A stretch of 59,678 bases of DNA, taken from positions 1-59,678 of the forward strand of contig NIVC01002023.1 of assembly GCA_002269645.1 (NCBI GenBank). Direction: 5' to 3'. The notes beneath the pieces were generated by a model. That model had not been told where the DNA came from. It ran no database searches and worked only from the letters and a program-made list of their open reading frames with translations. Below are positions 1 through 14,100 of the stretch, one piece after another. Source of the DNA: Macrostomum lignano. Taxonomy: Eukaryota. A program made the position numbers and the translations under genes. Numbering within the stretch: position 1 is the stretch's first letter; each line of letters opens with the position of its first letter.

Positions 1-123
1 AAGCCTGCACACTCGTAGGTTGAGGCATAAGGTTGATAAAATTGATAAAAGTCAAAAATCCAAAAATCCAAAAATCCAAAATTCATGGAAGCTAATTTGC
101 GTGTTTTAGCTAAATAAGGATAC

Positions 124-246
124 CTTTTATTCCTGGAAAGGCAACGAAATAAACTCAGCAAAGAAGAACATGACCACTAAGCAAACCTTTTATTCCTGGG
201 AAAGGCAACGAAATAAACTCAGCAAAGAAGAACATGACACTAAGCA
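124..246 (+). repeat. Tandem direct duplication of a ~62-bp unit (2 copies)
   Basis: ccttttattcctgg(g)aaaggcaacgaaataaactcagcaaagaagaacatgac..ctaagcaaa occurs twice back to back. Confidence 0.85.
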
Positions 247-399
247 AAGAAGACTCTTATCAGACCATGACCACAAACGTTAATTGAATTTGCATTTTGC
301 ACAAAACTAAAAGGGATCACCCGCTCAGGTGCAATCAGGTGAAATGCAAGCCTTTGTTGCTGCATCACTGCATGCTCGTCAGTTCATCAACTCTCTACA

Positions 400-1040
400 A
401 CAATTTGCACAACCACCAGTGCATCACCTCTCTACCACTATGCACAACCCGCCAGTGCATCACCTCTCTGCAACAATTATGCACCACCCGCCAGTGCATC
501 ACCTCTCTACAACTATGCACAACCCGCCAGTGCATCACCTCTCTGCAACAATTATGCACCACCCGCCAGTGCATCACCTCTCTACAACTATGCACAACCC
601 GCCAGTGCATCACCTCTCTGCAACAATTATGCACACCCGCCAGTGCATCACCTCTCTACAACTATGCACAACCCGCCAGTGCATCACCTCTCTACAACAA
701 TTATGCACAACCCGCCAGTGCATCACCTCTCTGCAACAATCATGCACAACCAGCCAGTGCATCACCTCTCTACAACAACTATGCACAACCCGCCAGTGCA
801 TCACCTCTCTACAACAATCATGCACAACCAGCCAGTGCTCTACAACAATCACCTCTCTACAACAATCATGCACAACCAGCCAGTGCATCACCTCTCTACC
901 ACTATGCACAACCCGCCAGTGCATCACCTCTCTACAACTATGCACAACCCGCCAGTGCATCACCTCTCTGCAACCATGCACAACCCGCCAGTGCATCACC
1001 TCTCTACAACAATCATGCACAACCCGCCAGTGCATCAACG
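400..1040 (+). repeat. 36/39-bp minisatellite (about 16-17 units), possibly coding
   Basis: The unit gcacaacccgccagtgcatcacctctctacaac(aat)(t/c)at is repeated. Unit lengths differ mostly by 3 nt, and several frames are open through it ([11 protein letters not shown](N)Y / [12 protein letters not shown] / [11 protein letters not shown]). Confidence 0.9.
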
Positions 1041-4000
1041 CGCTACCACTATCATGCTGAGATAAAGGGTACGATTATTATGTTTAATTCAAACCAAATA
1101 ATAGACAATACTAGTAGACAATAGCAAAACAAAAATAAATATCTTGGTATGAATGATATGCTAAATAAATAGGCATACAAGTATTGTAAGAAGATGGTAA
1201 TGAGGATCGAATGCAACAGAAATTCCCAAAAATACAGGACTGCCAAGTGCAAAAAGGGCGCCTGCTCTTCACAGCTCGTCCCAGCTCCTGGGAGGCCCGC
1301 CGGGAAGCAGCCGCGTTCCTGAGCCTGCGAAATGGTCACGGTCACTCGGTGTTGGGCATCGTGTCGGAGATCCGCAGTTTGTGACGCCAAGCCCGGAGGA
1401 GGCGGACGCCGGCAAGCGGCCAAGGACGCCCACAAAGGCGATATTGGAGATAAAGCCCGCCACGCTGCCGCGGCTGGTCAGCGTCCCGCCCGAGAAGCTA
1501 AAATCTAGCAGGATGGAGTCGCTTTGGCTGCCGTCGCAACTCAGGCTGTGGCCATCGTTCAAGTACAGCGACGAACTGCCTGGCGCCAACTGCGCCTGGG
1601 CACAATGGAGCCAGCACGCATGAACACCGGAGAGGCGCCAGCGACATTCACGTACGCACATCAGCACAGTGCAAGTCAAGCCACAAAACTGCATCTGCAT
1701 AACATTCACCAGCGCACACCGGCTCTGAAAGTCGGGCCATGCAAAGGTGCTAGGCCAACAACAGCCTTCGAAAGCTTCACCATTGGGACGTTTCACCGCC
1801 CAACTGCGGTCCCTGACCTCCTGGTAGACAGACCAGGCGCCAACCTTCACATGCGGATGGACGATCGTCTCCGCGGCCACTCCTCCAACAGGTTGATGAG
1901 GCGCTGAGGATTGGAAACTCGGCCATATCCCACCTGAAGCACATTTTCCATTTGTGTTGTGCGAGAGCTTGTGCGGGATCATAATTTATACCAGTAGGCC
2001 ACGAGGTAAGGTATACGTATGAACGATACAGAATTGCGGCGGAGTTCATAAAATTTAAACTGGCTATTTCAGGATCGGGACTCATCAGCTCTGGGGATTT
2101 GGGCCAGTAGCTTCGGGGTCAGGACTCGGTAAGCTGGGGTTCCAGGCTGACTGGGATTAAGATTGGGAGTCAGATTCCCATCAAATTCGTCACCAACTGT
2201 GGTGGATTGGCCTCATCCTGAAAGTTCCACCTGCTCTGGTGGTAGCCTGCGCGAACAGCGGCAGCAGCGGGGTCATGCCAACCAAGTGGATCTACCTATG
2301 GGGACAGTGGGTTGGGCCGCCATGAGAAAGAGATCGAAAACGCAAGACTCTCTCATCCAGCACATGTTAAGGCCTTCAACATCGATCTAGGTCTCTTTGG
2401 CATTGTGCTGGATGGTTGCCACAGTGCAATCTAAACCATGGGCGTACAGTACTGGCACACTGCTGCACAAGGCCATGTGGGTCTCCAACTTGTACTTGAA
2501 CACACCCAGGTTGTAGAGGTAGTATGGTTCCCTGACCCCACACTGTAGACCTACTACATGTAAGAGGCAGGCAGTCTAAATGCCTGGGAATCCCACATAG
2601 TCAGCTAGCGCAGAAGCTCAGGTTGGTGCCAATGGAGGATGGACCATGCGGTCTCCAAATTTCTCTGGTGTAGGAGCAGCTTTAGAGCTAGCCATATGAT
2701 TTCAGATTTTGCACTGTGCACGTGTACTACTAGTGCAGCTCTAGCTCAATACAGAATATCTGTAGAGAAACAGTGCAAAGCAGTCGCTATACTGAGCTAG
2801 AATGCACAGCATCCAGCCTAATGCTCCAACCACTAGCTGCTCCGGGCACTTGAACAAGCAGCTCCAACAAGTTTACTAGCAATGAGTAATAGCTCAGAGG
2901 GATTTTAAACCTATGCTGCCCACAAGCCTCTGTCTCATTTACATGTATCTGGATTGGTATGCTTGGGCGCAACCTAGGGATTCACCTGGTCGTTTCTATT
3001 GGCAACACACACATGTAATTGTTGCTATTGGACAGTGTGACGATACTAGTGTGGCGGCCTCGAGAATAAGCGAGGCAAATGAATGCGGCAGAGGCAAATT
3101 TGTAGCGGTAGCACTTGGCCGTAATATCAGTTAAAGTTAATGTTAATGCAATCAATGGCTGCAGGCTTGGTTTTTCTATTGGCCGGCTGAGAAAAACAGG
3201 AACAGAAATTATCGATCGCGCGCTGTACGCAGACTTTACAAATGTACGCAGCTGATTAAAATTCTTAGGGCACTACTTTAAGCAAACGTGAGAGAACGGA
3301 ACTAGTAATATTAAAGATTGGTACCGTATGTCAAAACGGCACTTGCGGGGCTACTTAAAGTGACAACGTCACAGACAGAATAGTAGTCACGTGACTGCTC
3401 TCAGCCAATAGCGACTTACATGTGTGTGTTGCCAATAGAAACCGCCAGGTGATTCCCAAGGTTGTGCATATATGTGGATTGGAAAGGAATCACCAGACAC
3501 TAGGCAAGAGATTGAGATTTTGAACAATCAATATGCCATTATTAAAAAGAATAGAAATGAGACCAAGTGGAACTAGAACAAGGACAATAAGTCTAGAATC
3601 ACATGACATTAGAATAGGCCATCTAGTAGTATTGCAAAAAAACTGGGTCTACTGTCTACAGAACCTGGGTATTTGAAAATTTACTTAACCAACAGCTATA
3701 AGACTAAAATATAAATAATAGAAAAAACTGAATTATGTTTCCAAAATAATTAGAATTATTTTAAGTAAAAAATAACAAATTTAATATATCAAACTTTTTA
3801 CTTTATTATATTTTTAGACAACAGACTACCTAACGCTTTAAGTGATAACATCTCACCAATAAATAACTAACAGTGAATTCGTCAACTGATGCACACATGC
3901 TTACTATCTTCTCTTTTCTTCGATCTATAAAGTCGTCGCTGTTGTTAATTCGATCAGTTCTCTAATATGATTCAGGATTTATTTTCAAATTAATTTTAAA

Positions 4001-5599
4001 AGCATCAAAAAATTATATATTTTGATTGTATTGTTTTTTCCCAGTGTCTCCTTTTGTTTTAACTTTTTCTATCTTATTTTTTGTCTGTCTGGTTCAAATT
4101 TGATTTCAATTTATATCAAGGACGACTTTAAGTATAAGTCCACTTAAGTCGTCCTTAATTTATATCTTGGTGAGCCGACGACGTACGTGTACTTTTTGAA
4201 ATGTTAAAAGTCTCGAATTAAAATGAAATTCGGTGCGAAAAGTTTTTTAATTCCTGATTTTATTTCCTTTTCATACGTATGATTTGCTTTGCTACCGTCT
4301 TGTACAGAACTAATGCTTGATCAAGCAGAAGATTTTCCAAAATAAAAATAGAGCGCCACTTTAACAAAATCAATATTGCTTTTGTTAGGTTAGGTTAATA
4401 GGTTGCTGCATAAGACTATTATACAGCATAGATTATATGCTATGAGAAAACTTTTGAAGTAAGGCCTCATAGATTGGGGCACCAAAAAGCAAGTTGGGAT
4501 GCGCGTAGCGAAAAGTAACCAAAAAGCACGGAAAAGCATGGTAACCATTTATTTTAGTTACCGTGTAAAAAAACGACATGCAGTTAGCATGCAATAACGA
4601 GGGACTGTCTTGTCAAGTCTGTATTGTCTTAATTCTTGAATTATATTCTATATTTTTTTTGCTTTTTGTGACTTCAATTATCAGTTATAAGTTATTTTGA
4701 CAAACAATAAGATAAATCATAAAAAAGAAAAAATGGCTACAAAACACTTCATGTCCTGTAAAAAGATAGAGTAGAGTAGAGAAGTAGAGAACTCCAAGTA
4801 GAGAAGTGCAATCTAGCCTAGGTAGGCCCCTTACAGCCTAAATATGAGTGAAAAATATTTAAATAATAAGATAACAGTTTTTTCATGAAAGAAACAATAA
4901 TTAATCCATTTTGCTCATATTCATTGGTTAAATTCAGTGTAGCTTATTTGTGTACTATTGTTGTATTGAAAAACAAGCAAAATTAAGAAAACTAGCAAAA
5001 GAAATAAAAACAAAGCCTTGATGATTGTATTTTATTTTTTTTGCTATTTGAACATGTTTCTAGGGACCTTAGGGCCTAGGAGAAACCCCAAAAAGTAAAG
5101 ACAGAAATAGATAGTGGTTATGTTTAATAGGAATATATGATATACAAATATAATCTTAGCTAGACAATTTAATAAAGGCATTAAGGCAAACAATTAGAGA
5201 TTGCCTTTTTTCTTCTGAGGATACCTAAGATTGCATTTCAAAATATAATTATATTGACAATAGTATCTCTTTAAGGAAATAATGAGTTACTAGTTAATAT
5301 ACTTTAAAGTTCTTTTAAATATTTTTAAATTTACTTGCAAATTAATATATTTTTAGCTTTTTTAATACCATCTCTATAGGAAATTTTTTGAATTAAATTG
5401 CTATATAGGCATAGCTTACTATATGCTAAAAATTATTCATTTTGTTAATTTCTTTTGTTTCTTTCATTTCATTTTAAATCTTTTATTTTTAAATACATAA
5501 TATTGTATGCAATTTGACGCTTGACATTGCATTGACCCTGGCACAGGCTCAGGCATTGGCTGCTGAAGGCAACTCGCTTGTGAAGAAATCCGCTAGCCA

Positions 5600-7145
5600 A
5601 GAGGCCTTCCTGATCAATCAAAGCGCTGTTTCAGATGCCTCTTCCAGCGACGTGGCAAGCAAGTGTCCCTTTCTGGAAAAGAAGTGTTTCGACTGAGCTC
5701 GAAGGTGGGCCACACAGCTGCGGCCTGCAAGTCGCCAGCAGCTGCCAATCGTCGCACGGACCAGGCCATTAGAGAGGTGGAAGTAGACCAAGAGGAGGCA
5801 CATACGCTGCATGTGCATGCGATACGCTGCATGCGATTGAGACGACTATCATCATCGAGGAGACGCCTGTTCGAATGGAGATTGACACTGGTGCATCCGT
5901 CTCGCTTATCTCATCGGATACTTTTTGCTCTGAGCTCCGTGGGCTGCTTAAGCTGGAGCCGTCTAACGCACAGCTACGTACGCTCGTACGTATTCAGGGG
6001 AGCCGGTTCCTCTACCTCGCCAAATCAACGTCTGCGTGCGTATCGGAGATCTCCAAGGAGCTCCCGCTACTCGTCGTCAAGGACTCCGGATCGAATCTGA
6101 TCGGCCGGGACTGGCTGGCCGACTTGCCGCTTGACTGGAGAAGCATCAAGCAGGTGCAAAAAGATGGTGAGCACCCCAGAATCCGAGCCTTGCTGGAAAA
6201 GTATGCAGCTGTTTTCGAGCCCGGACTGGGTCAGAACAACGGTCCACCCGTGCAACTACATTTGAAGCCTGATGCCAAGCCTCGTTTATTCAAAGCTCGC
6301 AACGTTCCATTTGCGCTTAAGGCTAAGGTGGAGGCTCAACTCGAAAAGGAGATTAAGCAGGGCGTACTCAAACCAGTCAGCAGCTCAGATTATGTATCGC
6401 CGATTGTTTCCGTTCTGAAGTCAGAAGGCACCGTGCGCATCTGTGCCGACTTTAAGCAGACCGTCAACCTCGCCGTGGAGCCGGATATGTACCCCTTGCC
6501 GCGAATCGAGGAGCTTTTTGCAAAGCTGGCACGCTGGTGCTGGAGTGCGACGCCTCTCCGTACGGCATCGGCGCCGTTATCAGTCATCGGATTGACGGTT
6601 GCGATCGGCCGATCGCTTTCGCTTCGCGTTCCTGCACGATGCCGAGGCGAAGTACTCTCAGCTGGACAAAGAAGCTCTGGCGATCGTTTTCGGGGTAAAA
6701 CGATTTCACTCCTACCTTTACGGCCGGAAATTCACCCTCGTTAGCGACCACAAGCCATTGCTAGGACTCCTGCATGAGTCTAAGCCGATTCCCGCCATGG
6801 CGTCCGTAAGAATTCAGAGGTGGGCGCTCATCCTGGCGGGCTATAGCTACTCGATGGAACACCGATCTGGCAAATCACTACCCTGTGTGCGGAGGCACTG
6901 AGCCGACTGCCACTACCTGAAAGACCGACGAAGGCTCCAACACCTGCGGACATTATTGTCCTGGTCATGGACATGCTGGGCGAAGGGCCAGTGACCGCCG
7001 GCGACATTCGAGCCTAGACCCGAACTGATCCGATCCTGTCGAAGGCGCTGCGCTTCACGGAGGTCGGCAACTGGCCTGAGCGGACCGTGCCAGAGTTGCA
7101 GCTGTACCGATCCAGAGCCGACCAGCCCTCATTGCATGCTGAGAA
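5600..7145 (+). mobile_element. Degenerate, internally deleted Gypsy/Ty3 LTR retrotransposon (gag knuckle, protease, partial RT, RNase H, start of integrase region)
   Basis: Frameshifted CCHC knuckle (CFD..KVGHTAAAC) near 5680-5730. Protease EIDTGASVSLI at 5875. RT N-terminus SPIVSVLKSEGTVRICADFK...YPLPRIEELFAKL jumps directly to RNase H (LVLECDASPYGIGAVISH; AEAKYSQLDKEALAIVFGVKRFHSYLYGRKFTLVSDHKPL) and then ALSRLPL. The YxDD region is missing and no LTRs are seen. Confidence 0.9.
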
Positions 7146-8162
7146 GTGCATGCTGAGTGTGCACGTAGGCAGCAAAAGATTAAATAGAAGGGCAATGTAC
7201 ATGCATGCAGCCCTTATAGCTCTAAAATCGATGACTGGCAACATCACACTAGAGGTCTATTCTATAAAGCTATTTCAATGATCAATGCATCAAATTTGCT
7301 AATCTGCATACACTTTACCATTTTGGCAAAAATAGGAACTCTATCTTTGTAAATATTTTGTTGTTTGCTATGGATAGTGTACTTAGTGAAAGGCAATCTA
7401 TAAAATTAAAGTTTTGTATTGAAAGAATAAGGGGCTGATATTTCAGAAAATAGATACTTAGGCAGTTTTGGAAACTATTAATATATGTGGAATATTTTTA
7501 TAGGTACAGCCTACAATGTATAGTACTATATTGGCTTTTTCAATTGTATCCATTGGAGGAGTCATATTACTCTCTTTTCATCTGTTTTCTATACTAGACT
7601 TTTCTTACAGTAACAATATTATTAGTTTTATGTCATTATAAAAAACTTTTCCAAAGTAACAACACATTTTTAGGGAATCAATAAATGAAATTTTGTCTCA
7701 AATTTTCCATAGTCTATGGTGCAGAGACTATAATCAACTGAATACCAAACAGTGTTCAGTTCAATGAAGGAGAGTACTTTTTATAAGCAAACATTTAATT
7801 TAATAGAAGCAAATCGTAGAGTACATAGCATGCTAAAGTATGCTTGTGCCATTGGGGGATGTAGCCTAGTGGCCAATGCCAGCAGAATTTCTAGAAAAAG
7901 CAGCAGCTGATGCGTCAGCAGCCCAGGCTCAATTCCTATGTGCCTATGCGTATGACTGCATATGTATCTATATGCATGTGCTTGTGTGCCTGCTCAGGTG
8001 GGTTGGCAGAATGGGCAGTAATGTCTCTTGCTGTGCTGCTGGTGATTATGTGACAATGTTGCTTAAGGTGTACCATGGTGCACATAGCCCCTCCCTACCT
8101 TTAATATCTTCTCGTTGTAATTCACATATTTCAGCTCGGCAAAACGTCACCCATCTTCTTGG

Positions 8163-9410
8163 ATGGCTAGTGCTTTAGTTGCCTGGCTTTTTAGGGAAAC
8201 CCTTGCCAGTTTCCATGGCGACCGCTGCTCTGTGCAGTACAGTTGGCTGATTGTGCAGGTGCTGGGAGCGTTCCTGCTGTGGTGTTCAGTTTACATGTTC
8301 CTGTGCTACTCCCTGCCAAAGCACAGGTACGAGTGGCACTGCCGTCTAGTGACTGTGGCCCACGCCTTCCTGGTCTCAGGGCTAGCCTTGTTTGACACCT
8401 TTGTGACAGGGAGAAACGCGTTTTATCACAAGTATCAAGGTGCGTCTTGCTTAACTGTTTGGTAGTAAGACTAGGGAGGGGCACCTACTGTAAGTAGTTG
8501 GAAGCGAAACCCTCTGAAATACTGAAGCTCAGATTCACATTTAGGTCGCTATTGGACGGAGCAGTTAAGGGACTGCTCTCATCCGATAGCTACTCACCAG
8601 TACAAAATCACCAGTCACCAGTAGTTGCCAGTTCAAACAGCTAGGTAAGTCCAAGTTTGCCCCCATACATGAATGAGCACCTACTGAATGTCTTCAGACG
8701 CGGCAGTGGCATACACTAAAGGTTTGGAATACGGGGGATGAAGGTCTGAGAAAATTTCAAGGCAAGGAACGCTGAGGAAATTCCTAACTTAAAATATAAA
8801 TTAACAGCATAGGGAAAAGTTGAGAAGTGCATTGTGTCCTAGATTGCAGACTTATTTTGCCTATAATGTTTACATTATATACATTATAGGTTTGGCCCAA
8901 ACGCTACTCGAAAGAGTCCTCTTTATTGCATGCCTTGGCTACTTTCTGTTCGACCTGCTCTGGTGTCTGTACTTCGACACTGAAGGCCTGGTAATGTTGT
9001 TCCATCACTGCGCCAGCATTCTTGGTCTCTCAGTGGCTCTGGCTGCAGGAAAATGGGGTCCAGAGCTGGCAGCCACTGTTGGAGGCTCAGAGCTGACCAA
9101 CCCGCTCCTGCAGCTGCGCTGGTTCATGCGGGAGCGGGGCCAGTCGCATACATGGCAGCTACTGGCAGTTGAGCTCGCCTTCTTCAGTACATTCGGCATC
9201 CTGCGGCTCTGTCTGGGTAGCTGCCTGGCAGTGTCCTACTGGTTGAACCCGCGCACCGATCTGCTGGGCCGTCTGGGTGCGGCCGTCATGTGGCTACTGG
9301 GCGCCGTGTTCTTCTGCCAGATGTGCCGCTACTGCCTGCACCGCTGCCGTAAGTGGCGGGCAAAGCTGACCGGAGCTGCTGCATCCGAAGTCTGCTCGAA
9401 CTGTGAGTGA
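8163..9410 (+). CDS. TLCD5: TLC (TRAM-LAG1-CLN8) domain multi-pass membrane protein, TMEM136/TLCD5-like, ~265 aa; exons 8163-8439 and 8890-9410
   Basis: Exon 1 (..EWHCRLVTVAHA..) ends caag|gtgcgt. The intron ends attatag|gt, and the phase-1 junction rebuilds Gly in frame with GYFLFDLLWC...MLFHH...GGSELTNPLLQLRWFMR, the typical TMEM136 motifs. Confidence 0.85.
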
Positions 9411-10689
9411 ATGGAGAAATAATTTTTTAACCAGTAAATGTTTCACTAGCCTATAGCAATTTTAGCTGTTGACTAGTCTACAGTAGTAAAATTTTTAGTG
9501 AGCTTGTTTTACTAGGAATCTTTTTAATTAGTTCAATTGCTTATTGCCTACTTGCTCCGTTCTTATTGGACATTATCTAGTATTTTACACACCAGCTTCT
9601 ACGAGTATTTTTAAATTTTATGCAGTTTGTGTGCTGGGTTTGATTAGCAATATTTTATACTGAATGCAAAATACAGTGTTTTGTTCGTATTATTATTTGC
9701 TATCTTCTAGTCTATATAAAATAATATGCTGTAATAATTTATTGCAATCCGTTTTTATTATTAAATTTAAGCTTTAATGATTTTTGTTGCTTTTTGTCAA
9801 CTCTAATACTTAACGTTGATGCCAACAAGCACTCGTGCGCAGCACCGACACCAATTTGATCGCTACATTCAGCTGCCATAATAGGCTTGATCAAGTATAG
9901 TTTAACGCTTAGCGATCAGTTCTGACGTCACAGTCATCAGTCACAGAGCGCTCATAGCCATTCGGTTTGCGCCCAGCAATAATTTCAACACGTTCCCAAA
10001 GAAACCGAAATGGGCGAATTGGATCAGAAACTGATCACTGAGTGGGTCAGTGGGGGTGGGCCGCGTCTTTGTGGTGCCTGTACTGTAGAAATGAAGAGAC
10101 CAAACTGTTTGGAGCTGAGGCTCAAGCTAGACGAGAAGACCAAACCGAAAGCAGGGCTGGCGTGCCCAATTACGATGACATTTATTTGCAGTCAGTACCG
10201 GACTAACAAACCATGCAGAGTATACATATAAGAGGTGGGTGAAACACTAATCGGGCTAGATCAGTGCACACAGCGAACTGAATAATAAACACTTATAATC
10301 ACGCAGTTCAAATAAAATCAATAAGCTAGCCTAATTCCCAAACATATCCCACCTTGGAATAACAATGACAAAAAACTTCGACGGATGAAACAATCAAGAA
10401 ACAAATAACAGAAAGTTATTCACAAGAATTTCCATTTAAATAAAGCAAGTTTGAAAAAAGCCTGTTCAGACATTCAGGCTGCGGATCGAAATACCGGTCA
10501 GATCTTATAGATTTAGTACGAGTACGCATATATATATTGCAGAGATGTAATTCGGCAGTGGGTATTTTTAGGGCTGAGCCGTCGATATAACCCAGTAACT
10601 ACATCATCAGTCTACAGATGGCTCGGCCGTATATTTAACAAATGTTATTTGTACGGCTGGACCATAAGTGGCCAAAGGGGGGGAGCGTC

Positions 10690-10975
10690 AAATCGCGCGC
10701 TTCAGGGCAAGGTCTTGGACGTGCTTCACGCCGTCTTCATCGAAAAGACGGTCGATGTAGCGAGCCGCTAGATCGTACCTGTACGCGCCTGCGTGGTCCC
10801 TGGGGAGTCCACAGTAGGACGTCCTGTAGCGGTTCTGGGCAGTAGCTAGGCTTCGACATGCCCTGCAAGCTGCAGACGCCGCTTACTCAGCAGGACAGAA
10901 GGCCGTGTCAGGCGCGCTCGCTGGTACAGGGAGTCGGTCGTCTCGCTGCCACCCGCGGCGTACGCTGCACGAACC
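10690..10975 (-). pseudogene. 3' remnant of an RTE-like non-LTR retrotransposon
   Basis: The minus strand gives SLYQRARLTRPSVLLSKRRLQLAGHV and, in another frame, VLLWTPQGPRRR...YIDRLFDEDG, matching the RRLxxAGH / LLWxP..GR C-terminal signature of RTE ORF2. Confidence 0.65.
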
Positions 10976-11168
10976 ATAGTATGTACATGTAAATGAGTAT
11001 AAATACTCATCATTAGCAAAATAAGCAACTGGGCTAGCAAGCATTAAAAAACCGTAATATCACGCGAATTCATACAGTATGCGTGCAACTTACACATTTT
11101 GATGATAACTAATTGATGTCACCGTCTTCGTTTAATAGATATTTTGTGTAAAAGTATTAAAGTATAAT

Positions 11169-14100
11169 GATGAGGACGCACTTTTTTCCAAATTTCACGC
11201 TCGCACATGGGCTCCAAACTTGCTAGCCTACTAACATGGGTATTTTTCTCCTTTTTATGTAATTTTTCTAGAATTCATAATCTTTTTAACTATATGATTT
11301 TGCCATACTTGTAGTTATAATACTATAGGTGCAGTTTTTGCTACTTTTGGGGTCATAAATCATTGCTTTTGAGCTGGTCTGACAGCCACCTGCGCCTCAC
11401 TCAGTGTTGAGGCTGGGCGCCAGATGGTCTGAGAGGATGCGGGCGGTAGCTTTTTTCTCATCATTTTTGACAGGCCATATGCAATGATTTTGAGTGATTT
11501 ACGACAACACCTGGCGTACGTATTTTTATGGCCCGAGGGAACTGATAGGATCTTCTGGTCACGTGAGTTTAGGCGGCAACAAGCTCAGCCAATCAGAAAA
11601 TTCGACGTCAGTTATAACAAATCGGCTCAGCCAATCAGCGTCGAGGTGTTTCATTCTAACAAATTGCGGTCCAGTTGGCGGCTATATAAACCAGTGTTCT
11701 CGGCCCGCTCGGACCTCAACCTGCTCGGACCCAGCACGCAACTTCTAGTTCCCGGAGCTCGACCGTCGTGTTGATGGGTTTCGAACTTATGGCCCCCTTG
11801 TGGGGAAGCCTTCGGGCGTCAGGTCTCAGAAATAAATCAATTAGAGTCCTGGCCCCCCACTCCTGTCAGATGGTCAGCCCCATGGTAGCTTGATCTGTGG
11901 CGAGCAGTCTAGGTCCTATAGCTAAGAGAGGGACAGCGAGAGACAAGCAGGGAGAATTTTGAAGGTAGAAATTAGTTAACCCGTAGGTTAGCTAACTCGC
12001 TGCCACCAACCCGTACGGATCCTGGCTCACCACACCGGGACTCTCGAAATCGGGCTTCCGACTAGAAGGGGCTTTGCACTTACCTGCCAACTATAGTGTC
12101 TTTTTGCTGTCAATCTCGAAGTCATAGCCAATGTTAATTGGGACACTGCTTGGACTAGATCGCATTGGCCATGAGGTACAGAGGGGACTTGTGCAGGGGA
12201 TTCTTGCAGTTGCGAGACTATGGGGTAGTTACATGTACTATCACATTGCTAAATACGAAGAATTGCATTTTTGGCCTTCAACGCGCCAACTAGCCTCTCA
12301 TAGCGCTGATGATAGACTAACTCGAACTTCAGAGACCGCATGATTCATTACCCGAGCCGCTTGGCGAACCTAGAGTGCACAAAATACATCTCTGGCGCCG
12401 ATACTGCACTACTGGCAATTTTGCTAACTGATTTGATAGATTGATCGACTGAGAACTGCCTTGCCATTGGTCCACTATGACCGGCGCCTACTAGCTTAGC
12501 CACTCATCCGAGCCATCGGCGAACAAAGAAATAAAACCGATAAAAATAACTGTTAGATTTAACCTTCTCCTTAGATCACTTCACACTTCAGATTGAATTG
12601 GAGTTTAGACTACTAGCAGTATTATTGAATGACTTCTGCCTCAGCAACAGCACTACTGAACAAAAAGAGCAAAAGAAACTCAACAGCCGGAGACCAGGTA
12701 ATCCACAGTGACCGAATCGGCTTAGTGCTTCGCAGCTGTAGACCCGGGATGATGCTACGGAAATAGCCGCCAACTGGACCGCAGTTTGTTATAATGGAAC
12801 ACGTCGATTCTGATTGGCTGAGCCGATTTGTTAAAATGAGCGCCGAATTTTCTGATTGGCTAAGCTTGTTGCCACCCAGAATCACGTGACCGGGAGATCC
12901 TATCAGTTCCCACAGGGTCGTAAAAAGATGACAGGTGCGGCCATAAATCAAAAAAAATCGCAACAAAATGATTTATGACTTTTCGCGTAGGATTGACAGA
13001 AATTAATGAAAAAATATATACATTAGAAAGCTCTTATTAAATAGAAAGTGAAGATAATGAAGAGAAATCACTAATCGCTAATCCCAAGGTACTTTTAGGG
13101 GTAAAACGCATAGCTGTCAAAGCTGTCACACGCTTGAGTGAACACGAACAATAGGCTCTGACCTCATAAATCTTGATGGCCTGTCAAAATGATGAGAAAA
13201 AGCTACCGCCCGCATCCTCTCAGACCATCTGGCGCCCGCCTCAACACTGAGGGAGGCGCAGGTGGCTGTCAGACCAGCTTCGAAAGCGATGATTTATGAC
13301 CCAAAAAGCTGCGCCTATGTTATTATGACTACATAGTATGACCAGACATTATATCTAGTATAGATTCTATGAAAATTCGCAGAAAAAGGATAAAAATGCC
13401 CATTGCCCACTGTTAGTAGGCTAGTAAGTTTAGAGCCCATGTGCTAGCGCGGGGTTTGGAAAAAAGTGCGTCCTCATCACAATCAGAAACTCAACAGCCG
13501 GAGACCGGGTAATCCACAGTGACCGAATCGGCTTAGTGCTTCGTAGCTGTAGACCCGGGATGATGCTGATGTCACAACCTTCGCAGATAGCTAGCAGGTG
13601 ATGCTCTCGACTTTGATGTTCACTGCTGATGACCGGGGGAATTCGTCCTTGATGATGGTGGGGGGAGTTGCAATCCGGGGATCAAGAAACGACGGTCAGA
13701 TAGAGCAAGTTCCTGGCCGGTCTCCAGAAAGGGTTTGCAGTGGTTGAACCGGTACCAGGGTAACCGCAGGTTGAAGTGCGAGCGGGCCAAAAACACCGGT
13801 TTAAATAGCCGCCAACTGGACCGCAGTTTGTTATAATGGAACACGTCGATTCTGATTGGCTGAGCCGATTTGTTAAAATGAGCTTAAAATGAGTTAATGA
13901 AAAAATATACATTAGAAAGCTCTTATTAGGCAGAAAGTGAAGATAATGAAGAGAAATTGCTAATCGCTAATCCCAAAGTACTTTTAGGGGTAAAACGCAT
14001 AGCTGTCAAAGCTGTCAAACGCTTGAGTGAACACGAACAATAGGCCCTGACCTCATATATTTTGATGGCCTGTCAAAATGATGAGAAAAAAGCTACCGCT

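Noticed and set aside
1200-2700. GC-rich region with several medium ORFs on both strands
   Set aside because: Looks like decayed coding sequence, but no recognisable motif in any frame. Needs a tBLASTx/HMM search.
10190-10280. Possible Penelope GIY-YIG remnant (CRVYI*EVGET)
   Set aside because: Only a few residues match, there is a stop, and no RT is nearby.
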